A stretch of 64,000 bases of DNA from Paludibacteraceae bacterium. GTDB taxonomy: Bacteria; Bacteroidota; Bacteroidia; Bacteroidales; Paludibacteraceae. A model generated the notes under the pieces. The model did not search any database. It was not told where the DNA came from and saw only the letters and a program-made list of their open reading frames with translations. The DNA is taken from positions 624 through 64,623 of the forward strand of contig JAZQTO010000001.1 of assembly GCA_045630805.1 (NCBI GenBank), read 5' to 3'. Positions 47,529-57,242 of this stretch are shown piece after piece (the stretch's first letter is position 1; the number at the start of each line of letters is the position of its first letter). Made by a program: the position numbers and the translations under genes.

Positions 47529-49331
47529 CTACAATTTTACCCTCAACAATGCATGCACATCTGTGCGTGTATGCTTCTTGTCATGCGCCGCCGCCCATGC
47601 TCCTTGATACACCGTTTCACTTACACGCAGATATACCGCAAACGTATCATTAATCTTGTAACGTGCATTCAACCAAAACCGTCCTCCCAAACCATACACA
47701 AAGGGGATCGAGTACGCGTACAATACATCATTCTCGTACATATACACCCTATTATTCCATTCCCTAGCATCAAACGCCTGTGCCCTAAATTGCAGCACAA
47801 TAGGCACTTTTACAAAGCGATACTCCACATCTTGAAAAACAGAAAAACCATAACTCCATTTCTCTTTGGCATACACCATATTCGCATCTACTTGCGTCTT
47901 CAGTTTCCACTCTCCTAACTCCCACGCACCATTCCAACGCGCCGAATAGGTATCTATCTCGTTCTTGCTTTTAGCCCTGAGACGCATATGCATTTTATAA
48001 TCTTTTTGCGAAACAAAATCCGCTTGTGCCATGGTCTCGTATCCCTCTTTCCATACATCACCAAAGATGGACAACTGCCAGTTTCTCAGCCTATTATACT
48101 CCACTCCTAGATATCCACCATGCTCATTATAAACCCTTGTTTTTGAAGACAATGCATTAGCATATATATTCTCATATTCTGGCGAATAATACCGATAAAT
48201 CGCTAGCAGATTGAGGTCACTAATTGGATTTACTCTCACTCCCATTATCGTTCCCCATCCCCATTGCTCTGTATGCGATGCTGCCACCTCGCCCCACACA
48301 TCCACCTTGCCCCAATTATACCGCACATTCGCTCCCATCGCACCATTGCCTTTAACCTTTAACCTATCACCTTTAAACTCCTCTATTCCAGTCACACCTA
48401 CTTTCAACTTCCTCCATCTTGCCGTCGCATTCACACCCACCACATGATTCCATGCATCTTCCTTACCTTGGCGCAACGAGTAAAAAGCACTCAAATCTGC
48501 CCATTTCACTCGAGCCGTTGCGCCTACACCATGAAAATAATTATAATTGTCGCCCACAGAGCTAAATTTCTTTAGACCCTCATCCGTAGTAGCTGTGGAC
48601 TGAATATAGGCACTTTTCCCCCTTTTGAACGGACTTCCAACCACCAATCCATAACCAAAACTCGCCTGATAATTACCTACCACAACCGTTTTCATAGATC
48701 CAACATCCTTCAACTGAATATATCCACCATAGTCCCATCTCTCGCCCATTGCCAATTGCCCATCGCCAGTTGCCATCATGGCTGTCACCCCAGCCTGCAC
48801 ACGATTTTGGTAATTAAATCGATACCTCAACTTTCCATACATCGGATCACCATCAAAATCCTCCATATTTCGCGCATCCACCCTTAGCGTCATCTCATGC
48901 TTGGCATAGTGAAACACCTCCCGAAAATACATTTCCTTGCCTTTCGCCTCTTGCCTAATAGCCTCTTCGCCTCTTACTTTCACAAATGGCAACAAATTCC
49001 GTATCTCATAATCCTTCAGACAATCAATCAGTTGCAATTCGTACAACTCCTTAAAACCATGCTGATACTGATACATCAATATAGCATCTATCTGCTCGTC
49101 GCTTAGGAACATTAACCGACTTAATTCCTCGCCCGTAACCTTATTCAAATCCATCGGATTTTCGGCTATGCTCAATAGCTCTTCTTCTATGTCTTCATAC
49201 GCCAAATCGCCATCCTCCGACAACTGGTTGAAGATATCCTCCAACACATCCTCTACACGAATATCTTGACCAAGTGTAGCCATTGCTACACACAGTCCAA
49301 AAAACATAAATATTCGTCTTATCGCATTCAT
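47529..49331 (-). CDS. Secreted helix-hairpin-helix domain protein with a beta-barrel-like C-terminal region
   Basis: Signal peptide. Two ComEA-like HhH segments (DLNKVTGEELSRL.FLSDEQIDAIL). A long, aromatic-rich region of alternating strands ends in ...LLRVKL. Confidence 0.6.
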   Translation of the reverse strand: MNAIRRIFMFFGLCVAMATLGQDIRVEDVLEDIFNQLSEDGDLAYEDIEEELLSIAENPMDLNKVTGEELSRLMFLSDEQIDAILMYQYQHGFKELYELQLIDCLKDYEIRNLLPFVKVRGEEAIRQEAKGKEMYFREVFHYAKHEMTLRVDARNMEDFDGDPMYGKLRYRFNYQNRVQAGVTAMMATGDGQLAMGERWDYGGYIQLKDVGSMKTVVVGNYQASFGYGLVVGSPFKRGKSAYIQSTATTDEGLKKFSSVGDNYNYFHGVGATARVKWADLSAFYSLRQGKEDAWNHVVGVNATARWRKLKVGVTGIEEFKGDRLKVKGNGAMGANVRYNWGKVDVWGEVAASHTEQWGWGTIMGVRVNPISDLNLLAIYRYYSPEYENIYANALSSKTRVYNEHGGYLGVEYNRLRNWQLSIFGDVWKEGYETMAQADFVSQKDYKMHMRLRAKSKNEIDTYSARWNGAWELGEWKLKTQVDANMVYAKEKWSYGFSVFQDVEYRFVKVPIVLQFRAQAFDAREWNNRVYMYENDVLYAYSIPFVYGLGGRFWLNARYKINDTFAVYLRVSETVYQGAWAAAHDKKHTRTDVHALLRVKL

Positions 49332-49399
49332 TTCGCCTGCAAAAGTACGAAAAAATTACGACATACTAAAAAAAATTTGTTTAATACATATTTTTTTAT

Positions 49400-49407
49400 T
49401 ATCTTTG
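49400..49407 (+). promoter_or_regulatory. Bacteroidota -7 promoter box (TATCTTTG)
   Basis: 'attatctttgcaccc' lies 10 nt before the ATG at 49417. This implies a leaderless or short-leader mRNA. Confidence 0.5.
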
Positions 49408-49416
49408 CACCCGAAA

Positions 49417-50361
49417 ATGAAACCAAACAAACCATACCTCCGTATTTTCAATACGCTGCTCATCCTTGCGGCGTATGGTTATTTGGCATATCGTCTCGTC
49501 ATTTTTGACGATTATTCATCTTTTCTCAGCGCCTTTCGCACCAGCAATATTGGTCTGTGGCTCACTCTTATTGCCACCCTTCTGCTCATGCCTCTCAATG
49601 TCGTAGCAGAAGCGGGCAAATGGCGTCTGCTGCTTCGCAAAACCGAACCCATGACCATCTGGGGGGCTCAACGCCAAGTCTATTACGGCTATGTGGGCGC
49701 ATTCATCACGCCATACCACGCAGGTGATTATCCCGCTCGTGCTATGCTCCTCAAGGATAAGAGCAATTTCTCCGCAGCCGTTGGTCTCGGTCTTGTCGGC
49801 ACGGTGGCGCTGCTCGTTGTCGAACTCATCTTCGGCATTCCTGCCACATGGCTCTTTGTCAGCTACCATCCTGCTATCCCGATGCAGTATTTCGCGGTAG
49901 CGTTCATCGTCTTGGTGCTCTTGCTCAGTTTCTTGCCTCACCTCGTGCGCTACCTTTCTCGCCACGAGTGGCACAACACCCAAATGCGTCAACTCTCCCT
50001 TGCGCTCTCGCATATGTCCTATCCGCTCTTCATGAAGACCATCGCATGGTCTATGCTCCGCTATATCATCTGGGCACTCCAACTCGCCCTCACGCTCCAT
50101 TTCTGCGGCGTGGACATGACCCTCGTGCAATACATGATTGCCATCCCATTCTACTACATGGTGGTGGCTATCTTCCCATCCATACCTGCGGCTAATATCG
50201 CCATCCGTGGCACTTGGTCGCTCATCATCTTCGGTGTCTTCAGCCCGAACACAGCCGGCATTGCCCTTGCGGTCGCACTCATCTGGCTCATCAACACCGT
50301 TCTGCCTATGCTCATCGGCTCCATCCTTTATCGTGGTGGAAGATCGGGCAAGGCCCTGTAG
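49417..50361 (+). CDS. Polytopic membrane protein, lysyl-PG-synthase-TM/UPF0104 (flippase-like) family suspected
   Basis: About 8 TM helices. Family assignment is by general resemblance only. Confidence 0.45.
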   Translation: MKPNKPYLRIFNTLLILAAYGYLAYRLVIFDDYSSFLSAFRTSNIGLWLTLIATLLLMPLNVVAEAGKWRLLLRKTEPMTIWGAQRQVYYGYVGAFITPYHAGDYPARAMLLKDKSNFSAAVGLGLVGTVALLVVELIFGIPATWLFVSYHPAIPMQYFAVAFIVLVLLLSFLPHLVRYLSRHEWHNTQMRQLSLALSHMSYPLFMKTIAWSMLRYIIWALQLALTLHFCGVDMTLVQYMIAIPFYYMVVAIFPSIPAANIAIRGTWSLIIFGVFSPNTAGIALAVALIWLINTVLPMLIGSILYRGGRSGKAL

Positions 50362-50492
50362 ATGGTAGATCGCCTTTAGGGCTGTAGATCGGCGCAAGCG
50401 CCTGTGGACTCCCAGAAGTCTTCAAGCGAAGCGATCTACAGTGAGCAACGCGAACGATCTACAACAAAGTGATCTACAGCGAAGCGATCTAA
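50355..50492 (-). repeat. GATC-dense palindromic repeat, copy C (inverted and diverged)
   Basis: The reverse complement shares the modules ttagatcg, ctgtagatc (x4) and acaggcgcttgcgccgatctacagcc..ggcgatct with copies A and B. Confidence 0.75.
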
Positions 50493-50550
50493 TAAAACAG
50501 CAGCTAGCTGCTGCGTGAAACTTTTGAAACTTTTAAAACTTATACAACAT

Positions 50551-53157
50551 ATGACACTTCATTTCACAATCAACTACCAAGCGCAATGGGGACAACAGCT
50601 TGCTGTTCTCTATGCTGCGGATGCGGACATAACTACCGCATCGCCTGTGACGCTCCCTATGGACTGCCACGGCAACTCTGAGTGGTCAGCACAAGTCACC
50701 CTCAGCGACATCCATAAGTACATCTCTTACTGCTATGTAGTCCTCGACGAACAAGGCAATATCCTCCGCCGTGAGTCTATGCCTCACCTCCTCGAGTGCC
50801 AACCTGGCAATATCGTGCTCCGCGACCTTTGGCAAGACAAATCTCAATCGCTCTTCGCTTCTAAGGTCTTCAGCCAAGTGCTCTTCGCACACCGTGCGCC
50901 TGTAGCCGCTAAGAAAGCTACTGGCAACATCACCCTCAAGGTCTCTGTACCTCGCCTCGAGCGTCATCAGGGTGTGGCTATCATGGGTAATATCGCCGCC
51001 CTCGGCGAGTGGGATCGCACCAAAAAACTCCCTCTCACCAATAGCCAATTGCCTATCGCCAATAGCCACAACTACAACCCTGAATGGACCGTCACTTTCC
51101 ACGCCAAACTCGGCTCTGTAGTGGAGTACAAGTATGTCATCTACGACCTCAAGTCTGGCGACATCGTGGACATGGAGTGGGGCGAGAACCGCAAGATCTG
51201 GGATGTACAACGCGCTAAGCACTATGTCATCTCCGACTCTCCTTTCCGCTACACCCAAGCCAACTGGAAGGGCGCTGGCGTAGCTGTGCCTGTCTTCTCT
51301 CTCCGCTCAGAGAATGGCTTCGGTATTGGTGAGTTCCAAGACCTCAAGCTCCTCGCTGATTGGGCTGTACTCACAGGTCAAAAGATGATCCAAACCCTCC
51401 CAATCAACGACACTACCCTCCGTCACAACAACCTCGACTCATATCCTTACAACGCAGTTAGCGTCTTTGCGCTCCACCCAATCTACCTCAATATCGAGAA
51501 GATGGGCACCCTCACTCCTACCCAACTCAAGAAGTATCGCAAGACACAAGAGGAGTTCAACGCCAAGACCATTGCGGACTACCAATGCGTTTACGACGAG
51601 AAGATGAAGTACTTCAAGTCCCTCTACAAGGCCGACAAAGCTACTCTCTTCGCTTCTGATGAGTACAAGACTTTCCTCGCTGCCAACGAGGGCTGGCTCT
51701 TGCCTTACGCAGAGTTCCTCTCTAAGCGCGACAAACAACCTAAGGACTTCTACTGCTACCTCCAGTTCCATGCGGACAAACAGCTCCGCGAGGCAGTGGA
51801 CTACGCACACTCTGTAGGCGTGGCATTCAAGGGCGATATTCCTATCGGTATCTCTCCTGACTCTGTGGACGCTTCCACCGACCCACACCTCTTCAACCTC
51901 TCTGCTTCCGCAGGTGCGCCACCCGATGACTTCGACGCACGCGGTCAGAACTGGGGCTTCCCTACCTACAACTGGGATGTCATGGCTCAAGACGACTACC
52001 AATGGTGGAAGTTCCGTTTCACCAAGATGGCGGACTACTTCGACGCATATCGTGTGGACCACATCCTGGGCTTCTTCCGTATCTGGCAAATGCGCAAATC
52101 GGATGTTTGGGGCCTCTGCGGTCACTTCTCTCCTGCTATGCCTTATTCGCTCCAAGACCTCTGGAACATGGGCGTGAAGCTCGATGAGGATCGCCTCACC
52201 AAGCCATATATCCGTGCTAACTTCTTGGGCGACACCTTCGGCTACGATACCGAGTATGTGAAGAACAACTTCCTCCTTACCAACGACGGATACATCTACT
52301 TCTTCCCTGAGCATCTCGACACCCAACGCAAGGTGCAACAGTTCTTCCTCAACCCTGAGAACCGTGCTGCTCACGAGAACAACTGCAATATCGACAATGT
52401 CCTCAACGGACTCTTGTATCTCCATTGCGAGGTGCTCTTCGTGCGTGACCAGAAGAACCCATCGATGCTCCACCCACGCATCGCGCTCTACCAGTCACAC
52501 AACTACCAAGAGCTCTATGCGGACCAACGCCAACTCTTGGCTGACATCCACAACGACTACTTCTACCACCGCCACACTTCTTTCTGGCGCGAGTCTGCAC
52601 TCAAGAAGTTGCCTACACTCATCGCTTCTACCGATATGCTCTGCTGCGGCGAGGACCTCGGTATGGTGCCTACCTGTGTGCCTGATGTCATGAACCAATT
52701 GCAGATCCTCTCGCTCGAGATCCAACGCATGCCTAAGGACCCAACCGTAGCTTTCGCTCACCCAGCGGACGCTCCTTACCATAGCGTTTGTACCATCGGT
52801 ACCCACGACATGAACCCTGTTCGTGCTTGGTGGGAGGAGGACCGCCAAGTCACTCAGAAGTTCTACAACGAACAGATGGGCTGGTGGGGTGAAGCTCCAC
52901 AGGAGATGACGCCAGAAATTGCCGAATTCATCGTTAATCAGCACATGTATAGTCCAGCTATGTGGGTGATTCTCCCATTGCAAGACTGGTTTGCTATTGA
53001 TGGTGATATTCGTTTGGCTGACCAACACGCTGAGCGTATCAACTTGCCAAGTAACCCAGAGCATTTCTGGAACTACCGCATGCACCTCACCCTCGAGGAC
53101 TTGCTCAAGAAGGACGCTTTCAACGCCCACGTGAAATCCCTCACCCAAGTGCGTTAA
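50551..53157 (+). CDS. malQ: 4-alpha-glucanotransferase (amylomaltase, GH77) with an N-terminal starch-binding (CBM20-like) region
   Basis: GH77 blocks: GVAVPVFSLRS..GFGIGEF, PINDT, YRVDHILGFFR, GEDLG, IGTHD. The ATG at 50551 (MTLHFTINYQAQWGQ) is preferred over the GTG at 50515. Confidence 0.92.
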   Translation: MTLHFTINYQAQWGQQLAVLYAADADITTASPVTLPMDCHGNSEWSAQVTLSDIHKYISYCYVVLDEQGNILRRESMPHLLECQPGNIVLRDLWQDKSQSLFASKVFSQVLFAHRAPVAAKKATGNITLKVSVPRLERHQGVAIMGNIAALGEWDRTKKLPLTNSQLPIANSHNYNPEWTVTFHAKLGSVVEYKYVIYDLKSGDIVDMEWGENRKIWDVQRAKHYVISDSPFRYTQANWKGAGVAVPVFSLRSENGFGIGEFQDLKLLADWAVLTGQKMIQTLPINDTTLRHNNLDSYPYNAVSVFALHPIYLNIEKMGTLTPTQLKKYRKTQEEFNAKTIADYQCVYDEKMKYFKSLYKADKATLFASDEYKTFLAANEGWLLPYAEFLSKRDKQPKDFYCYLQFHADKQLREAVDYAHSVGVAFKGDIPIGISPDSVDASTDPHLFNLSASAGAPPDDFDARGQNWGFPTYNWDVMAQDDYQWWKFRFTKMADYFDAYRVDHILGFFRIWQMRKSDVWGLCGHFSPAMPYSLQDLWNMGVKLDEDRLTKPYIRANFLGDTFGYDTEYVKNNFLLTNDGYIYFFPEHLDTQRKVQQFFLNPENRAAHENNCNIDNVLNGLLYLHCEVLFVRDQKNPSMLHPRIALYQSHNYQELYADQRQLLADIHNDYFYHRHTSFWRESALKKLPTLIASTDMLCCGEDLGMVPTCVPDVMNQLQILSLEIQRMPKDPTVAFAHPADAPYHSVCTIGTHDMNPVRAWWEEDRQVTQKFYNEQMGWWGEAPQEMTPEIAEFIVNQHMYSPAMWVILPLQDWFAIDGDIRLADQHAERINLPSNPEHFWNYRMHLTLEDLLKKDAFNAHVKSLTQVR

Positions 53158-53180
53158 TCACGCCTCTTGCCTATAGCCTA

Positions 53181-53213
53181 AAAAGAGCATTTCGGGTGGA
53201 AATGCTCTTTTTT
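53181..53213 (+). terminator. Intrinsic terminator after malQ
   Basis: Hairpin gagcatttc-gggtg-gaaatgctc followed by tttttt. Confidence 0.85.
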
Positions 53214-53839
53214 CTTGCCTCTAATCAGGCACTTCGTGCTCTCCAATTTGCGCAATCTTAAAGTGCAACTTTAAATTTGCGCAGTTATAAAGTGGTACTT
53301 TCCAAAATGGAAATACCCACTTCAGTATCCGAGTAATCCTCGGCAACTCAGAAAAATCGGAAATCCCGATTTTTCTCCTAAATGGCATTTACTTCATACT
53401 ATTTCCTTCTTTTATATCGCTACTGCGCAGCCTTCCCTTCGCCTTTAAACATTAAACTGTAGATCTTGGGTCAGTCCACTAAAACTAAAAAAGAGTATTT
53501 CACTCTTTTTTATGTGAAAGTGTGATAAGGTGAGGTTTCTTACGGTTTGTATATTGTTTTCTTGAGTGCTAGGGAGAATTATTGTCCTCTATACCAATTC
53601 TATAGATATGCACAGGCACGCGCAAGGTGTGCCTGTTTGTGTTTTATCTCTAGCTTCTACACTCCATAATATAGCGTCCCTTAAAAGAATCTTTCATACA
53701 TAGTTTTTGGCGTATATTTATGTATTAGAGTACTGAAAGTGCACTAAAGTGCTTATTAAATAACATATTGGCATATTGATAATCAATACGTTAAACATAT
53801 TGTGTACTATAGTTCCTTGTAGATGTTTTGAATTTATAC

Positions 53840-53847
53840 TACCTTTG
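53840..53847 (+). promoter_or_regulatory. Bacteroidota -7 promoter box (TACCTTTG) for the defence-island operon
   Basis: 'tatactacctttgcaac' lies 26 nt upstream of the ATG at 53873. Confidence 0.55.
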
Positions 53848-53872
53848 CAACAAATTTTTAGAATACTTATAT

Positions 53873-54121
53873 ATGAAAACAAAAGTAAGATTGAAAAAAG
53901 ATGTCGGAATTGTTCTTCGTGGACTAAGGCATCAAAAATCAGTTGAAGCTGATGTAAAACTTACTCAAAACGACATTGCTAACGAATCAGGATTGAGTTT
54001 AAGGTATTACAACAAGCTTGAAAATGGGATGTCTATGCCTACAATAGATGCATTGTTAAAAATTGCATGCATATACGATATGACACTAAGTGAATTATGC
54101 AAATTAATAGAAGAATGTTAA
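53873..54121 (+). CDS. XRE-family HTH regulator
   Basis: LTQNDIANESGLSLRYYNKLENGMSMPTIDALLKIACIYDMTLSEL. Confidence 0.85.
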   Translation: MKTKVRLKKDVGIVLRGLRHQKSVEADVKLTQNDIANESGLSLRYYNKLENGMSMPTIDALLKIACIYDMTLSELCKLIEEC

Positions 54122-54141
54122 ACTTATAAATATACATAACT

Positions 54142-56217
54142 ATGACACAAGATGAAAAATTGTTTTTGAATGAATTCATGGAAATCGTTCAAATGTCAGC
54201 GGAAGAAAATCAAACTTCTTGCGAAACTGAACTTACAAAATCAATTATTGAATATATCGTAGCTAATGGCGAAGCTTTAGCACCTGAAATATGCGAATGT
54301 GCTAGTGATCCCGCAATTGAGAAATACTCAGGAAGATATAAGATAAACGCATTTGACTTTAGTGAGTCATCTGGCATACTTGATTTGTTCGGTACCGTAC
54401 ACTACGAGGGACAAAATCCTACACTAGCCAAAAGTACAGCCCAAAGAACCGTTAATGATCTTTTAAAATTCTTGTATGCTGCAGTAGAGGGAAACGAAGC
54501 GAAAAGAATCCGAACCACAAATCCAGATGCTGCAGACGTTATGGATATGATTAAAGAGGAATACACTAAAAAGAAATTTGATCTTGTTCGTATCTTTGTT
54601 CTCTCTAATGGTTTTTCTAATCCAAATGAAGTACTAGATATCTCCGATGGCGAAATCACACCTAAAGGACACCCTTTGACTGTAGAATACCATTTCTGGG
54701 ATATGAATGAAGTTCTAAAGGCAGAGAAAGCCAAACAAAATAATCAAGAAATGCTCATAGAGCTTGATTCTGAGTATCAGACCAAGTTAGATTGTATTGA
54801 GGTGTTAGATGAGGTTAATAATATAAAGTCATATCTAACAATTATGCCAGCTTTGACTTTAGCTAAAATATACCATAAATACAAAGTAAAACTTATTGAC
54901 AAAAACGTACGTAACTTCTTAGGAGGCAAAATCAAAGTCAACAAAAAGATGGCAGATACAATTAGTGAGGAACCAGAATTATTTTTCTCCTACAACAATG
55001 GTATTTCTAGTACAGCAGCCTCAGTAGAGGTGAAGGTCGATGAAGATAGCGGAAAAAGATATATTACAAAAATTCGCAATTGGCATATTGTAAACGGAGG
55101 ACAAACTACATCAACGATTTATAACGCGTACAGAAAATCAAAAGATAGTATCGAGAATTTATCGAAAGCATTTGTATCTGTTAAGATTTCTGAACTTCCA
55201 CCTAAATTAGAAAGTAAGCAACCTGTACTAATCGGTAATATTGCTAAATACGCTAACTCCCAAAATTCCATCAAGGAATCTGATCTTTCTGCTAATGCAC
55301 CATTTATGTTACAATTAGAAACGATGTCTCGAAAAGAATGGACTCCTGTCAAACATACTTTGTGGTATTTCGAGCGCTTGCGTGGACAATTCCTTACAGA
55401 GAAAGGCGAAGTAGGTGGTGCTGGTACTAATAAAGCAAAGAAATTTGAAGAAGAGCGCCCACAAAATCAAAGATTCAACAAGATGGATGTGGCAAAACTT
55501 GAGATGGCATGGATGGATAAGCCTTTTGAAGCTTGTAAAGGTGGTGAGGTTTGTTTTGATAAATTCTGGAAAATAATAAAAGACCAAACATTCGTTGTTG
55601 ATGAAAATTATTTCCACGAAATAATTGCTAAATCTATTATATATAAAAAGGTTGACGCATTACTTAAAATGGAAGGTAATAAAGGACATGCCTCTATTAT
55701 TGCAAACTACACATTAGCATTATTAGCTCTACGTTCTCAAAGACGTTTAGATCTTAAATACATTTGGGAAAATCAACATGTACAGAGTGATCTTGTTGAA
55801 GTTATTAAAGAATGTATAAAGGCTGTATCAGACCACATTCGTTTGATTGGTAGTGATAGTGGCAAGAACCCACAGACAGAATCTAAAAAGCCAGAATTCT
55901 GGAATAATATTCAAAACAAGACTCTTGCAATCACAATTCCTGATAGCGTACTTGTTGATGATAATGCTAATTTGCAAGTAACAGAAGAACAAAAAGAGGT
56001 TATAAATAAGAGTATTGATAGAGGTGCAGAATTCTGGAAGAAACTATCAGAATGGAATAAGACAGAAGGAAAAGGTGTTTTCTCAATTATGGAGAAAAAG
56101 AAGATAGACCATATTGCTGTAGCTATCGAACGAGGTTCTGAAATTAAATTGAAATTAGCAGAAGATTGTGAACGCATTCTTCGTTCTGCACAAGACTTAG
56201 GGTTTGGTGATAATTGA
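54142..56217 (+). CDS. AIPR-family (abortive infection phage resistance) protein
   Basis: 691 aa. The central segment NVRNFLGGKIKVNKKMADTI..EPELFFSYNNGIS matches the AIPR core as I recall it (Pfam PF10592). Confidence 0.75.
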   Translation: MTQDEKLFLNEFMEIVQMSAEENQTSCETELTKSIIEYIVANGEALAPEICECASDPAIEKYSGRYKINAFDFSESSGILDLFGTVHYEGQNPTLAKSTAQRTVNDLLKFLYAAVEGNEAKRIRTTNPDAADVMDMIKEEYTKKKFDLVRIFVLSNGFSNPNEVLDISDGEITPKGHPLTVEYHFWDMNEVLKAEKAKQNNQEMLIELDSEYQTKLDCIEVLDEVNNIKSYLTIMPALTLAKIYHKYKVKLIDKNVRNFLGGKIKVNKKMADTISEEPELFFSYNNGISSTAASVEVKVDEDSGKRYITKIRNWHIVNGGQTTSTIYNAYRKSKDSIENLSKAFVSVKISELPPKLESKQPVLIGNIAKYANSQNSIKESDLSANAPFMLQLETMSRKEWTPVKHTLWYFERLRGQFLTEKGEVGGAGTNKAKKFEEERPQNQRFNKMDVAKLEMAWMDKPFEACKGGEVCFDKFWKIIKDQTFVVDENYFHEIIAKSIIYKKVDALLKMEGNKGHASIIANYTLALLALRSQRRLDLKYIWENQHVQSDLVEVIKECIKAVSDHIRLIGSDSGKNPQTESKKPEFWNNIQNKTLAITIPDSVLVDDNANLQVTEEQKEVINKSIDRGAEFWKKLSEWNKTEGKGVFSIMEKKKIDHIAVAIERGSEIKLKLAEDCERILRSAQDLGFGDN

Positions 56218-56228
56218 TCGATATTAAA

Positions 56229-57242
56229 ATGGGTAAAAAATCAAAAAAAATAACAGTATTTGAAGCTTTTGCAGGATATGGAGGAGCATCATTTGGACTT
56301 AAGCGGTCTGGTATAAAACATAAAGTAGTTGGTTTCTCGGAAATAGATTCAAGCGCAATTCAGATTCTGGAAACGAATTTTCCAAAAATCAAAAATTATG
56401 GTGATATAAAAACCATTGCGGATGAATTAGAGAATGATAGTGCGTACTTGCCTGATTTTGATATGTTCACAGGCGGTTTTCCTTGCCAACCATTCTCCTC
56501 TGCTGGGTTACAATTAGGAGAAGAAGACAAATTAGGAAGAGGTACTTTGATATACGAAATCATACGCATTTGTAGAATAAAAAAGCCTCAATATATTTTA
56601 CTAGAGAATGTCAAAGGATTCAAATCTGCTAAATTCAAGAAAACTCGTGATGCATTAACCGCAGGATTGGGAAATGAGTATGACATAAGAATGGAAGTCT
56701 TAAATACTATGAATTATGGTATACCCCAAAATAGAGAGCGATTGTGGATTTTTGCATATAAGGGAAAACTACCTGCAGAATTCAGTTTAATACCACCTAT
56801 GGAAGAAGAGTATACCCCTCCTAGATTGCATGAATTTTTAGATCAAGAACCTCCAGCATCTGTTTATTTAACAGACGCACAAGTAAGGCGTTTTAGAGAT
56901 TCGCATGCAAAACATGGATGTCATAATTTTAGTGTTAATGAACCATTGTGTTTTGATGTATATAATCATAAAATTAAAACTAATGGTTTGTGTAATACCA
57001 TAACAGAACCTAGTCATAACATCACACGTATCATTGAACCAAGAAGGAATGGAGTATTAAGAATCCGTAAGCTATCAATAGATGAACAATTTAGGTTGAT
57101 GGGATTTAAAATGACCCCTAATAAAAAAGAGATAAAATTTCCAGAAACCTTGAACTATACTCAAATTTCTGCTCGTGCAGGAAATGGATGGGATGTTAAC
57201 CTTGTTGGTATATTAATTAAACATATATTTAAACAACTATGA
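56229..57242 (+). CDS. dcm: DNA (cytosine-5)-methyltransferase
   Basis: Motif I FAGYGG, IV GGFPCQPFS, VI ENVKGF, VIII QNRERLW, X GNGWDV. Confidence 0.93.
   Translation: MGKKSKKITVFEAFAGYGGASFGLKRSGIKHKVVGFSEIDSSAIQILETNFPKIKNYGDIKTIADELENDSAYLPDFDMFTGGFPCQPFSSAGLQLGEEDKLGRGTLIYEIIRICRIKKPQYILLENVKGFKSAKFKKTRDALTAGLGNEYDIRMEVLNTMNYGIPQNRERLWIFAYKGKLPAEFSLIPPMEEEYTPPRLHEFLDQEPPASVYLTDAQVRRFRDSHAKHGCHNFSVNEPLCFDVYNHKIKTNGLCNTITEPSHNITRIIEPRRNGVLRIRKLSIDEQFRLMGFKMTPNKKEIKFPETLNYTQISARAGNGWDVNLVGILIKHIFKQL

Noticed and set aside
49516-50397. 293-aa minus-strand ORF opposite the membrane-protein gene
   Set aside because: It is Arg/His/Glu/Asp-rich with no hydrophobic core or motifs. The plus-strand ORF is a coherent polytopic membrane protein preceded by a promoter box.
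50686-53148. Long antisense ORFs in malQ (190, 344 and 217 aa)
   Set aside because: malQ has strong C-ending codon bias, which suppresses stop codons on the opposite strand. The GH77 motifs are unambiguous on the plus strand.
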